64,000 nucleotides of DNA from Hydrolagus affinis (GCA_012026655.1 JAAILG010000454.1:1-64000), one strand, 5' to 3'; shown: positions 1 to 13,476, counted from the first letter of the stretch. Numbers and translations: made by a program. Notes: a model not told the origin generated them from the sequence alone.

Positions 1-538
1 AGGTGTGGGTTAATGTATTATCTAATCCACTAAAAGGAAACCGAGCCAAACCAGCAGCCAGGAAATAATTATTCGCAATCACACAGCAATTCCTGTGGCA
101 ATGCCAAAATTCTCTCAAGATGCGAGTTAAGAATAAGTATTTGCTAAGAATTTCGATGTTCAGCTCCTCTCTCTCTCTCTCTTGTTTTTTGGTAGTCTTC
201 AGAAACAAAAGAAAGTTAGCTATTTCCCTGTCCCTTCTTTGCCCTGCAAAGCATGCAGCTGGCTTAGCTGGATATAGTCTGTGTGAAAAGACGATTCTCA
301 CCATTCTTTGTTCTTTATAGGGTCTGCCGTGTAGTTCTCAGACTTGCACATGACATTACTATAATATATCCACGTCGTGATATTATAAATGAGTGATATT
401 CTCTATACCATTTAAATCATTGTTGCCAGTACAAAACCCGCGTAAGGTTCACGCATAGCGAAGATGTCCTTTTCTGACGCCTTCATGTTGAGAAGCTGAA
501 AAGGTATTTTACTGAAGTTCGGGCAAACTGCAGAAACA

Positions 539-555
539 GGTTCACCAAGAGGACA
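539..555 (+). promoter_or_regulatory. DR5 retinoic acid response element (GGTTCA-ccaag-AGGACA), probable Hoxd4 3' neural enhancer RARE
   Basis: Two RAR/RXR half-sites 5 nt apart. The GGTTCA-N5-AGGACA form and the position 5' of HoxD3 (so 3' of HoxD4) match the mammalian Hoxd4 3' RARE as recalled. Confidence 0.8.
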
Positions 556-594
556 AATTTTCTATTCGATTAGCTGTATTTCAGCCGGGAGGAC

Positions 595-615
595 TGACCT
601 CTAAACCCTTGACCT
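595..615 (-). promoter_or_regulatory. Composite nuclear-receptor element AGGTCA-ag-GGTTTA-g-AGGTCA (overlapping DR2/DR1)
   Basis: + strand reads TGACCTctaaaccctTGACCT: two perfect half-sites flanking a degenerate one, 40 bp from the DR5. Confidence 0.5.
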
Positions 616-2840
616 TTTGGACTCAATCCTACCCTTCGCCTTTTCTATGTGTTTTAACACAGACACCATCCAGCTGAAGCCAGTTGAAACAGTTTATCAC
701 GTATGAACTGTTCTTCTTTCTATAACTTGTAACTCTGGGACAATTCACAGGACATAGTGTCTCTCTGGTGTGAAGCACGGGGCCATCAGCATCCACAATT
801 TCTCGTTCTCCCATCTTCAGCACACACACAAAAAATACGCCATTGCTTAACAAACCGAATCTTTGCTGTCGTAGCCTCCGTTAGGTTAAAAGTTGTTGAT
901 TTACTCGACTTCAAACTTTGCTCATTTTCAACTCAATGTGGCTCCTTTCCTTTTCTCTGCCGTTTGAATGAGAGAGAGAGAGAGAGAGAAAAAAACAGGC
1001 AGCGAAACATTCCTTATCTTCCAGCGTTTGCATTGAACATCTAAACAAAAACCTCCGTTGAATATTATTGAGGTTCAAATTGCTCTGAAAATTAGCATCA
1101 GTTGCAGACTATTCTAAATGATGTTGCGAGGGGTTCCTGATAGTTGTTTCGAACAATGCCAGATGTTGTTTACCAATAAACAGAATATAAATCTGTTCAC
1201 GTCCTCTTTAATTATGTGGCAAAAATAAATACAGTTTTAAAAAATATATAAACCCACAGTGAATGGCCCTGAAATCCATTAACAGACTTCGATTTCAGCC
1301 GGTTTAAAGCATTTCTATTCAGAATCATTTTCAAACATTATCAATTTACATCAGATTATGGGTAACATTGGCATAATTTGGTCATTATTCTTTTTTTAAT
1401 TAAAGGAGGCACATTTGGAGACCGAGTGTACACAACACCCTGTATTGTGTAGGTGTTCCTGTTTGTTCGCTGTTAATGCTAGAATTATAATCCCACAATC
1501 TCATTGTATGTTATATATATGGACCATTCCAACGCCCTCCCTCCATCCAAACCACCTCCCCCTCTCCCCAAGAACCTAAATTATTTAGCGTAAAAGTTTA
1601 ATTTGATTTTATTGAGATTTTATTGCAATTGGTGACATATGCAAGCAACTCGAGAGGTGGGGGGTTGGGTGGGGGTTGGGTGGGGAGGGGGGGGATGTGC
1701 AATATTTTAAACGAACTTCTTTAGGGTTGCAAAAAAAAAGGTGCTTTAATCATGGAAACGGACATCCGTTGTATGCAAACCACCTCAATAACTGGAGATT
1801 AATGACCAGCATGTGTTGCGGGGTTACCTTTTTGAAGCTCCACTCTAGATTGTGCGAACAAATAGATATTAAAAGAAGCTCTAAGCAGTGTATGACTTTG
1901 ACTTTTGTGCAACACCTTTCTCCTTGAAAAAGAGACTACATTTAACCGCAGTTCCCACCAAGGTCAATTGATAACGTTTCACATTCACTCAACAATGTAA
2001 TTTATCAATATTTAAGCTAGGCTGCAACATGTATTAATGTAAGTACTGGTGACTATTTATAATTCAAAGTTTTAGGTCCAGATATGTAATTATTCTCGAA
2101 TTCTTTCACTGTATCATTTGTCACATAAAATACAACGTAAAACATGGAAAGTAGAGGATATAAAAGTCAACAACATCATGATTCTGAACTGTTGTATTAT
2201 TCAAAATTCATAATGTCACATATAATGCAAGACACGATCAATCAGCTTGCATATTTATATATGTGAATATCGTGCCCCTGCCCACCAAACACATGCAAAC
2301 GTGTTTTTGTGTGTACCTGTGTATTCTAAAAATATATGTGCATGGACATGTGCATGTGTTAATGTACATGTACATTTATTATGTCAGACACAAATACCTT
2401 TGTATCATATCTCCCTTTAATCAATTGAGCCCCATAACTATGAAAACAATCTTAAGACAGTTTTATTTTAAAAAGAAATCTTCACAAAGTTTAACTTAAA
2501 TTATTGATATTATTAATATCATATCGTATTGCTGTATATACCGCCCTGCCGCCTTACTTCAAGTCTATAAGGAGAAATAACAGAGAAATAGGTATCGAGT
2601 CAATAGGACCATACCATAGGCTGGTCATTCAAAGTGGGACAAAGCTGATGCAGACCAACGTTTCTAAACAGCCATGTTTGTTAGTCTTTTCCCTTAAAAA
2701 TTTCAAAACATATTTACCAGCCTTATATATATATCTATCTATCGATATATTTTAAAATATATGTGGGAGCGACTTTTGCATTTTGTGAACCCAAATGTCT
2801 TGAAGAGGTGGTAAGATTTTATGTATCCTTTTATACTTGA

Positions 2841-2935
2841 TTCGGCCACGTGATTTACTAAATAATTAATGCAGTACGTCCCGAAAGAAACACGGCGTCG
2901 TCATTAATCGGCCAAGCAAAGGACTCTATCACACT
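2841..2935. promoter_or_regulatory. Probable conserved non-coding element of the Hox4-Hox3 interval (E-box plus TAAT cores)
   Basis: CACGTG at 2847, TAAATAATTAATGCAG and GGCGTCGTCATTAATC. Resembles a block shared between Hox clusters downstream of Hox4 genes (recalled, not aligned). Confidence 0.55.
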
Positions 2936-4699
2936 TGAAAAGTGAACAGATCCCAAGAATATTATATACAAATGGTCTGCTATCACACGTTGCTGCACTA
3001 GCTCGTTACCAGCAACTGAAAAATGGAGGTTTGGTAGGTAAACATTTTTTAGTTTTGTTTTCAGTAAGATAGTAAATGAATGTAACTGTCATATATGTTT
3101 GATGAATAGCGCCCTTTGCTTCCTACTCTGTGCTACCAGGCGACAGTCATAAGTTGTAGCAAGCAGATCTGGTGACCTTCTACTCGGATTAGCTTTAACA
3201 TTTTGGAGCAACAATGATAAACTTCAGGTGCAAAAAATTTGTATCTATTGCATTTTTGGAGGGGAGGGAGGGGGGTGGGTTGGGGGTAAATAGAAGCTAG
3301 ATGGGTTTATTATTAAGGCGTCGCTGTGTGTCATGAAATGGCGTAGATTTTACGGTTTAGTTGTTCTTTATTGCAAACAATGCAGGCTGTCATGGCATCT
3401 GCTGCCTGTTTCTGGAAAGCGAAATAGAGGCCTGAGCTGATGCTGAATACCATGAGATATATATTTTGTTCTCTTTGAAGCGTCATGGAAAGTCTGTGAA
3501 TGAGACTGAAGCAGAACAACTGCACTGGCACTCGAGTTCTCAGAAAGTATTTTCCTGTGAATGTGGTACTTTACTATGGCTGTGGGTGTTTTGCTTCAGA
3601 AGATGAAATAAGCGTTCCATTTTACCCTGTGATCTTTGCAGTAACATGACTATTTATTCCCTACAGCGGTGGATATAAACGAGCAGGCAAAAAAACTAAA
3701 AGCGGGTGTTTGATTCATCTGAACAAATTATAGTGATTTGCAAAGCCACAGCGAGGGCAGAGTATTATTTTCACTTGCTGGTTGATTTTGTATGGTTATG
3801 ATATAGTGCAAATATCATCTGATCAAGTTTAGTAAGATGAACATTAGGGCAAGATGTTGGTGCATGTTTACATACAGAATATATAATATAATATGTATTA
3901 TATCTAAACAATACCAGATACGGGACAACTATAGGATAAGCATAGCCTGTCCTATTCAGAGTTATGTCCCGACGCTTTATGATTGGAATAAAAGCAAAAT
4001 GTCAGCAAACTCTTTATTTATAGCAGAGCAGAAATGTAAGAGGAAAGAGAATTCCTGAATTCCAACCACTTCACACCAGAACTAAAATGGCAAAGAGGGG
4101 GGCAACAGCGTTATAAATAAAACTATAAATATTTTCCAATAACGGTAAATTACAGCTAATTATGGTGTAGTGTTTTAGTGCCATTTCGTAACTACTCTGT
4201 CCCCCCAAAACCTCTCTCTCTCTCTGGAAAAAGGTGTAATTAAACTGTACAAATTACTGTGGTAAATACAGATGTCTTTGAAGAATTGTTTTATTAAACT
4301 GGCCGGAGATAGTTTACAATATGAACCTCGGCATTTATTGCTTCTGTGCTTTTGTCACAGAGCACACTCCTGCAAAATTCAATTTATGCTGTCGTCACGT
4401 GTATAAAGTCGACGTTCGTTTCCTTTTTTAATAAATTATGCATTAAAACAATAACCTATTAATTCAGTTATTCGCCGATGACAAATGCAGCGTTGTTTCA
4501 CTGCTGACAAAGCTGCGGTTGTGACACCAAGCTGCTGTTTTTACCGACTATCACTTCAATTCATAATCACCCACGTTCGCTCCTCGTCCAGCAAAGGGAG
4601 CAGGTAGACAAGAATCGATGAAAACGCTTTAATTACAACTTTTTTTTCATTAAATCGAAATAAAGTATTATGGTGTGGTGGGTCAAAAATTCCCAACCC

Positions 4700-4810
4700 C
4701 GTTATAAATCACCACTTGTAATTCCTGAAAGGGTACGAGGCTGCTGGGGGGCCGGACGAAGATAGTAAATCTTTCTCTTTTTATTGCTCTATGAACATAT
4801 GCTGCGATTG
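4700..4810. promoter_or_regulatory. Probable conserved non-coding element
   Basis: TTATAAATCA...GTAATTCCTGAAAGGGT...GTAAATCTTT...TTTTATTGCTCTATGAACATATGC resembles paralogous Hox4-Hox3 intergenic blocks (recalled, not aligned) and has Hox/Cdx-type sites. Confidence 0.45.
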
Positions 4811-6434
4811 AAGACATCTAGGGTCCTCACTTAGCTACAGACTCCATAAAGCCGAATTCTCACCATCCCATAGAATAACCATTTCCCTCGCTTCCTCTTC
4901 CAGTCGATTCTCAAACACATCAGCAAAAGAGCGCTCTCGCCGTAAATATAACGGTCCATTTGTATTGTTAGTGTGGAGCTATGTTCAAAAGGGAACCACT
5001 TCGAAATCTGTAGCCAAGTGTGATTTCCCAGCAATGAACGACCAAGAAGATCATTTATTCTAAGTAATCCAATATCATTTTATTTCACACAAAACAAAAA
5101 CGGGCATTGTAACTTGTGCTGCACAGTACAGTGTGAAACTAAAGCCATAGAAACGCCATTTAAGGGTTTTATTTTCTTTTAAATAATTTATATTGCAGTA
5201 ATTGCAAAGCAATATTTCTATAACGACCATACAGAGCCACAGAGGGTAAAGTAATTTAGATAAATGTTGCGTTAAGCCGACGCTAGGTGCAATAAGGTCA
5301 TGCATTACTGTCAATAGGAATGCCTTTTATTGCTATTAAATTACAGACAAATGTTTCAGATATTAAAAACAGTTTGAAGCAGCGTTTAAACAAAATACAA
5401 GGCAATTCGATAGAATGCAGCTAAAATTTAATTTTCCGTAACTTAAAACAGTTACTATATATATATATATATATCTACATATATTTAAATGTAGCAAAGG
5501 GGATCAAATAAGGAGACGGAAAGATTCCGGAGACAGAATTCAAACGCTCAGGCATTGTGATACACATATAGATAGCTTTGGCCTCCTTGAAATAAATTGC
5601 TTATCCTGAAAAAAAGAAAGGGAAAAACCCACGTTAGTTTCTGCTACAAAGACATCAATTTCGCCACACACACTTAAAAAATCACGGTGATGTACAACAG
5701 TTATTTACATTCTGCAGACGAAGGAACAGGATTTCACAGAAATCTTATAATGTTGCCGAATTCTTTATTTCTAACTGCTTGACTCCAATTAATTGTTCAA
5801 ATTTGAATCACTGGTACATTAAAAGCTCCCCTATTTTCAGTCACGGGGTTTAACGTGTTACATCCACAATATTTAACTTGGTCATTTTTTTTAGCATTTC
5901 CACTAGTATATCCACCCTGTGATCATGAACCTTTGTGTCGGCTGTGAGACCAATTGATATATCTTGTTTTCGAAAACAAAATGGCCTTAAAATAAACGCA
6001 GTTGCCTATAAATATGTGGCCCTGATTATTCCGAATTTTTTTAAAAAAGATACAATAGATTTTGTTCAATATTGTACACGACGGGGTTCAATGTAATGTT
6101 AAACAGCAAACATTGGAGGATATGTATATACACACACATATATTATATATTTATATAGTTAAAGAGACCGCAAAAATGCAACGATAATATGCACCTATTG
6201 TTTGACTAGGTAAACCTGAACCCCCACCCCCCCCCCCCCCACCCCCACTGCTTAGCAAACTGATTGGAGTGAAGAATGCCTTTAACACTGTAATGCTTTT
6301 GGTCGGTTACAGCACCGAATATTTAATTTTCACTCAGCTCCCCATTGGTGTTAATATAGCAAAGTGACTCGGAAAGCCCCCCAAACAATCCATATTAAAG
6401 AGATGTTAGTGAGGTAGCGCTGGCTCGACTTACT

Positions 6435-6955
6435 GGCTCAATCAGAACAATCTGGTAACACAGATCACGTGAACAAATATGCCTGTATCTCAAGGCAGCG
6501 CCTATATTTTCTGATTATAAAAGGTTTCCGTTGCACTACAAAATTCATAAATTGCTACTTTTTTTTAAACGAATACCTACCGTTTTATAAATACTTCCAC
6601 CCCCCCCACCCCCCACTTCCCCTCCCCACCCGTACCCCCCCACCCCCCTCCCCTCCACACCCCAGTCTCCCACCCCCACCTCCACTCCCCTCCCTGGACA
6701 CTTGATTAGAAAGTCTTGATTTGAATTTAAACCTAAAGCACCTCTGCACGCCGTTTTTATTGGTAGCTGTCCCGCAGACTGAAGCCATTTCTATCGGGAA
6801 TACCGGCTCCATTTGGTATCGAAATGTCTGTAAAACCGCAAGATCAGGTTTAAGACAGCATTGTCTCCAGACAAGCGGCGGAGGATATTATTCGCGGCTG
6901 CAGGCTAAGAGATTGAGTTTTGAGAAGCACAGATTTATGATAAATTGATACGCAG
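6435..6955 (+). promoter_or_regulatory. Putative HoxD3 promoter and non-coding 5' leader exon ending at a strong splice donor
   Basis: GATCACGTGAACAAATATGC (E-box 6466) is typical of Hox3 promoters, with TATAAAAG near 6516 and a consensus donor CAG|GTAAGC at 6955/6956. A matching acceptor lies at 16037/16038. TSS is not determinable. Confidence 0.55.
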
Positions 6956-9164
6956 GTAAGCAATAGTATGATCAAATGCAACCTTTAGGAATAGGTTTGC
7001 CTAATGCCTTCAGCCAGGAGACATATTATTCATTCCAAATTGTATGAAAATCTGATACAAACTAGTGCATTGTTTCAATTTCAACAGCATTTCCAGAGAG
7101 AGAGAGAGAGAGAGAAAAAAATGATGTTGTTCTCAAGATTGGCGATTTATACAGAACACTTCGCTGTTGTTTCACGAAAATGCGCAATTTGAAAAAGGTT
7201 AGATCGGACAAACCAGAGCGGTCCTAGATTTGTCTTGTGGCTGAGTTTTAGCTGATTCTGCTGTTTTATGTAAAGGAAAAACTAAATAAAAAGGGATAGA
7301 AACCCAGGGAACTTTTCAAACTGTCACTGGCAAACTTAGATCGTAAATCACATTAATTTGTTGTCTCTAGCTTATCGTCAGACTGCAGTCTTCTTTGATT
7401 TATGCGCTTCTGAAATATATTGCGGGCTAAAGTTATTGCAGCAGGCTGTATAAATTATTTCTCAATTAATGTTATTGTCGTTCAACGAAAACAAGTTGTG
7501 AATTTCTAGGAACTCGGGTAGAAGTGTATCCATACCTGCTTAATATAGGAGACGTGGAATATTATTTTAAACCTTAAAAATTCTTGTCAGAAACATTTTT
7601 CTGTAACACGAGTAATTCGATTTCTGTGGCTATTTGCCTAATATAAACGAATTTATGAAGAGCCCCACAGAAAAAACTCGAATTCAGACTATTTCACTAT
7701 TCGCCTCCAAGTGTCTAGGCGACCAGTTCAGTGGAATTTGGGCGTTAAATTTTAACTTATTTTCCTCCCAGTTCCAGTGCCGGGTTGCATTTGCCTTCAC
7801 TCCCATTCACTCCTTCTCTTTCAGGGCTTTTACTATTAACTGGTATCTAGATTAATTATTTTCGTTTTTCATCTGAACGCCCAAATCCGCACGTTTAAGA
7901 ATAATATCCTGTTTAATAAGGCAATGTAAGATTTGGATCAAACTTTGATTTAATATCAGGTAATGAGTGAGAGTGGTTTGGCTTTAATTATTTTGTTTTT
8001 TTCAAAAAAAGAAACAGAATAATTTTGCGACAACTAATAGACATTCGTAACATTATGCTGTATAGCAGGGACGAGAAGAAGATTACCGTGTCTTTGCCTG
8101 GACTGGAAGCTCGGTTTGTAAACATAGAAAGGATTGGGGGCATTTCCTAAGACTGTCCAGTGTGTAAAAGTTGTTTTTTCACTGTGTGTGTGTGTGTGCT
8201 CTGTTCGGTCAAAACTTGGAGGCATCTCACATTTTTCATTGCTCTATGCCTCGGAGCTGCTGGCCTGCCATGTTAGTCAGCTGAATCCAATTACTGTGAG
8301 TAGCATTTCATTTTGCTCGATGGGGCCACTCACTTACAACTTCACCTAAAATTTCAATAAACCTTTCTTCAGCTCACGCCAGGGTAACTGCCAACATTCG
8401 CCTGATAACGTGGCTTACACAACTTTTCATGTCGGAACGAAGGCAAAAAAACTTTTTCAGGCAGCGCGTACAGTAACTCAGCTGGATTTATGGACGGATT
8501 TGAGATCCTGGCAGACACTAAATGTAATGCATAAACAGGATCATTTTCCAAGCTTTTTTCCTGCCAACTCTGGTTAGCATTTTGGAGAGCTTCCTGGGAA
8601 AGTTTGGTAGAACTTTCATCTATTAAATCAGTCAACCTCTATTTAAATGGTTAGTCCGTACACTTTTAGGCTGGTAATATGAGCCCCCATTCTTTTAACC
8701 CTCCCCCTCTCCCCCCAACCCCCTGCTACGTTAATAAATAAGATGTTTTAAAAAAAACTTACCGTCAAGATTATCGATGATAACAGTTAAGTCGTTATCA
8801 AGAACAGCTTGAAGGCACCAAGTGTTCAACGCGTGTCGACTTTTACTGGCTTTTGTTTCTTGAAAATTAAAATAATTTACATGCGAATACTCTACATCGA
8901 GTGATTTCAGAGAGAAATAAAAAAAAGCTTAAATTGACGTATGGCCACGTGAATACATTACAGACGACATTATGGTGGGAGGCATTGGGCCGAGGACCTA
9001 TGCCGCTCCGACTGTGATTAGGATCCTCTTCAAACTTCAAATTATATCGACGCAAGTTGGGGTGACTAGTTTGTAAAGTGCTGCGCCTTAGTTGGATTAA
9101 AGAGCGATAAGAACAGCCATGGTGAAGTTGTGTGATGAGCTGTATTGTGAGGTATTGGAGGCGC

Positions 9165-9265
9165 TTCCGTTGGTTGTTCATTAAGTGGTGAGTTATTGCT
9201 GTACAAGCCAAAGGTCATTTCAAAGGCTTATGACTCTTATATATTGTCAGCTAATGACCGCGATT
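9165..9265. promoter_or_regulatory. Probable conserved non-coding element upstream of HoxD3
   Basis: GGTTGTTCATTAA..GGTGAGTTATTGCTGT...GCCAAAGGTCA..TTCAAAGGCTTATG resembles Hoxa3/Hoxb3 upstream conserved sequence (recalled). Contains an AAAGGTCA half-site and a TCF-like TTCAAAG. Confidence 0.45.
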
Positions 9266-10576
9266 TCTTTGTATGTTTGCTCTGCCACCCTTGCTGGTTT
9301 ACAAAATGTATTTTCAGATTTAAGCACTCACTTTCAATTGGTCTAAATACACTGAAATCTCTGCATGTTCATCTTCTGTTCACCCTCAATCTGCCTCTAG
9401 CGCATTCATTAGGAGCCGGCAGTTTCTATGCCAGGTCTAACTGTGTTGTATTACTGCATTTTAGTTACTTTTTGTATAACCAGGCTGTTTATTACACAGA
9501 TTATCATCATTCCTAATCGATAAAAAGTGATACGTGATGTTTGGTATCCCAATGACAAAGCATAACCGCCTATCAATAGAATACATTATTCATGAGTTTT
9601 ATATATGGCGCCAGTTTTTTTCTTGAAACCTCCATATTTGTATTGTTATATTGCTTTGTTTTAAAACTGTGATACTTTTACATAAAAAACACCGCTGTGC
9701 AAGTAACAACAACAGATAAATATGACTCGTATAGAGGCGAATGCTGTTACAAATCGTGGCTTGGGGCAGGTTCTAACGTGGAATCACCAGAAGCTTTGTT
9801 ATTAAATAGCGAGTATTATTTAATGTTTCATTCGTATCCAGCTTCATTAAAAAACCATAACAGAACGAGATGCTTCCCTCCTCTACCAAACCACGTAGGC
9901 CCCGAAATATAATGATTGTTGTGTGTTATAAAAGCTGCCGCTTGCACCCTCGAGGCACATTTCTGCTCTTAAAAGGGGATGGATGTGAAAACCTCGGACG
10001 ATTAATATATATATATATATACAATTCCACAATACGTATATGAATTATTAGAATCTCTTGGAATAAGTGATTTGTTATTGTGTATTCAAGTACTCCCGAG
10101 TCATTCTTTGTCAAAACATTTCGAAAGGCATAATTGTATTTAAAAAATATATATGTAAACATTAGAACAGGGAGCGATTTTGTATAACCCTACCTTTAGT
10201 TGAATTTCCAAGTGTAGGATATCTCGTATGTATCACTAATAATAATAATGTTAATAATATTGAGAGGCCCCTTATTTAGGAACAATGCAATTTTTTTAAT
10301 TGCTGAAGGAAATGAGGTGATCAACAACAACTTACGTTTTCTCTTTATTTTTAATCGAATTCCATAACTATTTGGTTAACGTCGACCGCAGAGGGATTTT
10401 GGGTTGGCCCACAAAACTCATGAATAACAAAAACAAATGTATTTATTCCGTAAATATATATATATAACCAGGGCCTGCGGCCAAGTTCTGTTTCTTTGTT
10501 TGCTAGGAGCCAACAGATGAGTTAAATAAATACAAAGTATTACGAACTATTACCGATGCTTAATGTCAATCAAAAG

Positions 10577-10676
10577 NNNNNNNNNNNNNNNNNNNNNNNN
10601 NNNNNNNNNNNNNNNNNNNNNNNNNNNNNNNNNNNNNNNNNNNNNNNNNNNNNNNNNNNNNNNNNNNNNNNNNNNN
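10577..10676. other. Assembly gap (100 N)
   Basis: Run of N. Confidence 0.99.
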
Positions 10677-11429
10677 GGAGAGAGAATTGCATACATAAAC
10701 GTTATATATTCAATGCACACATTCTCCTTCTGAAACACCTACGTTTAATGAGAAATTGAAATTGATGTAGGGCGAAAAATAAACAGCTTCCCACACCATG
10801 AAACCGGAAGCATAGAAGATATTAATATACAGTCTTTAACCGCATGCGGATTTATATATTTGGTTCTTATTGCTTGTAACTGTGTTCACACTGTTGTGGA
10901 TGCGAATTCCCCTTCTGCTTTGTGCTGGAGGCAATCCAATTCTAAATCACAACCAGCAATGCCGGTAGCCTCTGCCTTGCATTATATAATCGTGTCTGGA
11001 TTACAGATCGTAGAGTAAAGTATTCAAAAGTACCAATAACATTGAACGCACGCCAACATAATCATCATTTTAGATCAGGTAATCGCAATCATCAGTGCAT
11101 AGGCCATCACACCTTAAACCGTGAGCATATCTTTTGAATACAAAACAAAATCATCTATAGAGTGGTAAAAACCTAGCGGTTCAGTTTTCCAAAGGGATTC
11201 CTTCCAATGGGTTGTGTTCAGTCGTGTTAGCTTTAACCCAGTTTTACAAGTGTTGCTGCTGAATATTTCTCGCCCGGGTTCCAACCGAATCCAATCAGAT
11301 AAACTGCTATTTGTTTTACGGGGTTTCTGTGTATTTTTTTTCTTTCTACTTTTTTTGATTTCACGTCACACCTTAAGTAGGAGACCAGCACACGTTCGCT
11401 ACCACCTCAAATATATTTTGCGATTCAGG

Positions 11430-11484
11430 TCAGTGCTGAAAACTGCATTCAAATCAGTGCTGAAAACTGCATTCAAATCAGTGC
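11430..11484 (+). repeat. Tandem duplication of a 24-bp unit (TCAGTGCTGAAAACTGCATTCAAA x2.3)
   Basis: Exact copies at 11430-11453 and 11454-11477, plus a partial copy at 11478-11484. Confidence 0.9.
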
Positions 11485-12639
11485 ACAGATCACATCAAAT
11501 ATATATATATATATATTTAAAATGCTGATTTCGAAGTAGGGAACTGTGGAACCCATTCTGCCCCCCCCCCTCCCCCCCTACTTTCTGAAATGTATTCGTT
11601 TTATCCCAACTTACACCCAATAAAGTAATTATGTTAAAATAAACAGCCATAGTTCAAAGGAGCAGAATCTCGGATGTCGCCTTTCTCCCTGCAACCTGAA
11701 TAGATGTGTCTGGACCTTTGGTATCTACATCAAGTAGTAAATACTGTTAACTCGAAAATAGCTTACATTTCCAGGAGGGCAGAGTATACCGCCAGCCATA
11801 AAGCTGGTTTGGTAGCGTCTACGTTGACTACCGGAAGGGATGATCAGACGAGTGTTTGAAACATGGTAAATGATCTGCAGCCTGATACATTTAACAGGGC
11901 AGTTCCATTAAACATCAACTTATTTAAAACCAGTAGTCTCAACAATGCTCTTGACTCTGGAGGAAGGGAGGAAAGGGTTGATACAACAATCGCCGAGAGA
12001 GGAAACGACCGAATGTGCACAATTGAAGCGAATTATGAAAACACGCAGAAGGCGCCACATTTTGTAATAACCAACCACATCATTTTTCACTGAACGCGTG
12101 GTGAATACAAAGTTACTTTCCGTCTCCCACCCCCTACCCCCACCCCCACCCCACCACCCAAACACCCCCCCCCCCACACACACACACAGCCCCCACCACT
12201 TTTCCCCACCCTCTCCTTATTTTTCTTTCTCCTCTTTTCTTATTTTCATACCTGACAGCAAACGTTCAATTTCAAATGTGACTCCCAGCTGCTTGTTTTA
12301 ATAGCGTTTTTTAAAAATATATATATATCAAAAGACAACGTTCTGATCCTCCAGCTCGAGCCGCACGCTTCTGGCAGATGTGAAAAGCATCTGGTCTGAA
12401 AACGCTCTTAGAATTCCTTGGCAACTTTCTGTGGTTTATATATAAAAATTCTGACAGTGCTGGTGAAAACGGCTGATATATATACGAAAACTTGCAGAGT
12501 AGGGGATTCTTTTTCTCTGGCCTTTCCTCCTACGCTCTGGCTGTTTTACACTTCAAGTCTTTGGAAAGTGTTTTTCTCTCTCTCACCCCCCCCCCCCCCC
12601 CACCCCATTTTGTATTGAAGCGTTTACAACCATAGCACC

Positions 12640-12695
12640 AGCAGTCATAAATTTTGCGTTGCCCACAATGACAGGTGCATTGATATGCACTGTGA
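12640..12695. promoter_or_regulatory. Putative Hox/Meis element (GTCATAAAT, TGACAG, TGCATTGAT)
   Basis: Hox-type CATAAAT and Meis TGACAG close together; resembles a Hox3 upstream conserved block (recalled). Confidence 0.4.
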
Positions 12696-13476
12696 GGGTT
12701 CTCGCTTCCTAATAACTTCCCACTGCCCACTCCTGTGGCCTTCTGTTTTTTTTAAAAAAAGAAACATTTCTTGGCCTACCCTACTGATACAAGTATGAAA
12801 ATAACAAGACAACTAACCAAAAAAAATCCATAACGTTTGTTTTGATGTTTTACATAAAGGAAGCTTAAGTGGGGACTTAGATAAGAGACACAATGCTGGA
12901 TGGAGTCTGTCAAGTTAATAATAAAAGCATGAGGACTATTCTTTTTTTTCTCTTTCTCTCGTGGGTTCCTTTTTTGTTTTTTAAAAAAAGGTAGATAATA
13001 ATACAAGGCTACATTGCAACGTCTCCTCCACCTATATCGCGCCATGCTAGAAATGGGAAGGAATTGAAAACGGACATTTAATTCGTTGGCTTCTATTCCT
13101 TTATTGGTACATGTGAGCATGTCTGTTCCTTCAATCCCTCCCCACCACTCCCCCCACCTCCCCCCCACCCACCCCCCACTACCTCCCATTGCAGTGACGC
13201 TTGCCATTTATGATGACCCTAAAGCACTTATTAATTTGACATTTTACTTTTCGTTTCACGGGCTCCGCCATTATATGCCATTTATTTGGATCAGGCAGCC
13301 GATATATATATATATATATCTAGAGAGAGAGAGAGAGAGAAAAGTGGTGATGGTCCATACCAAGGTGTTACTTGTCAAATCTGGGTATAAGGTGTTGCAC
13401 TCTTGCATTTAAAAACAACTTGTAAGGTAAGAAAGATTCCAAAGATGCACGCAGAAACTGTTGACCATTGTCCAAA

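Noticed and set aside
6469-13412. Proline- or glycine-rich ORFs (6469, 6585, 11920, 12098, 12776, 13086)
   Set aside because: They arise from poly-C/poly-G low-complexity tracts.
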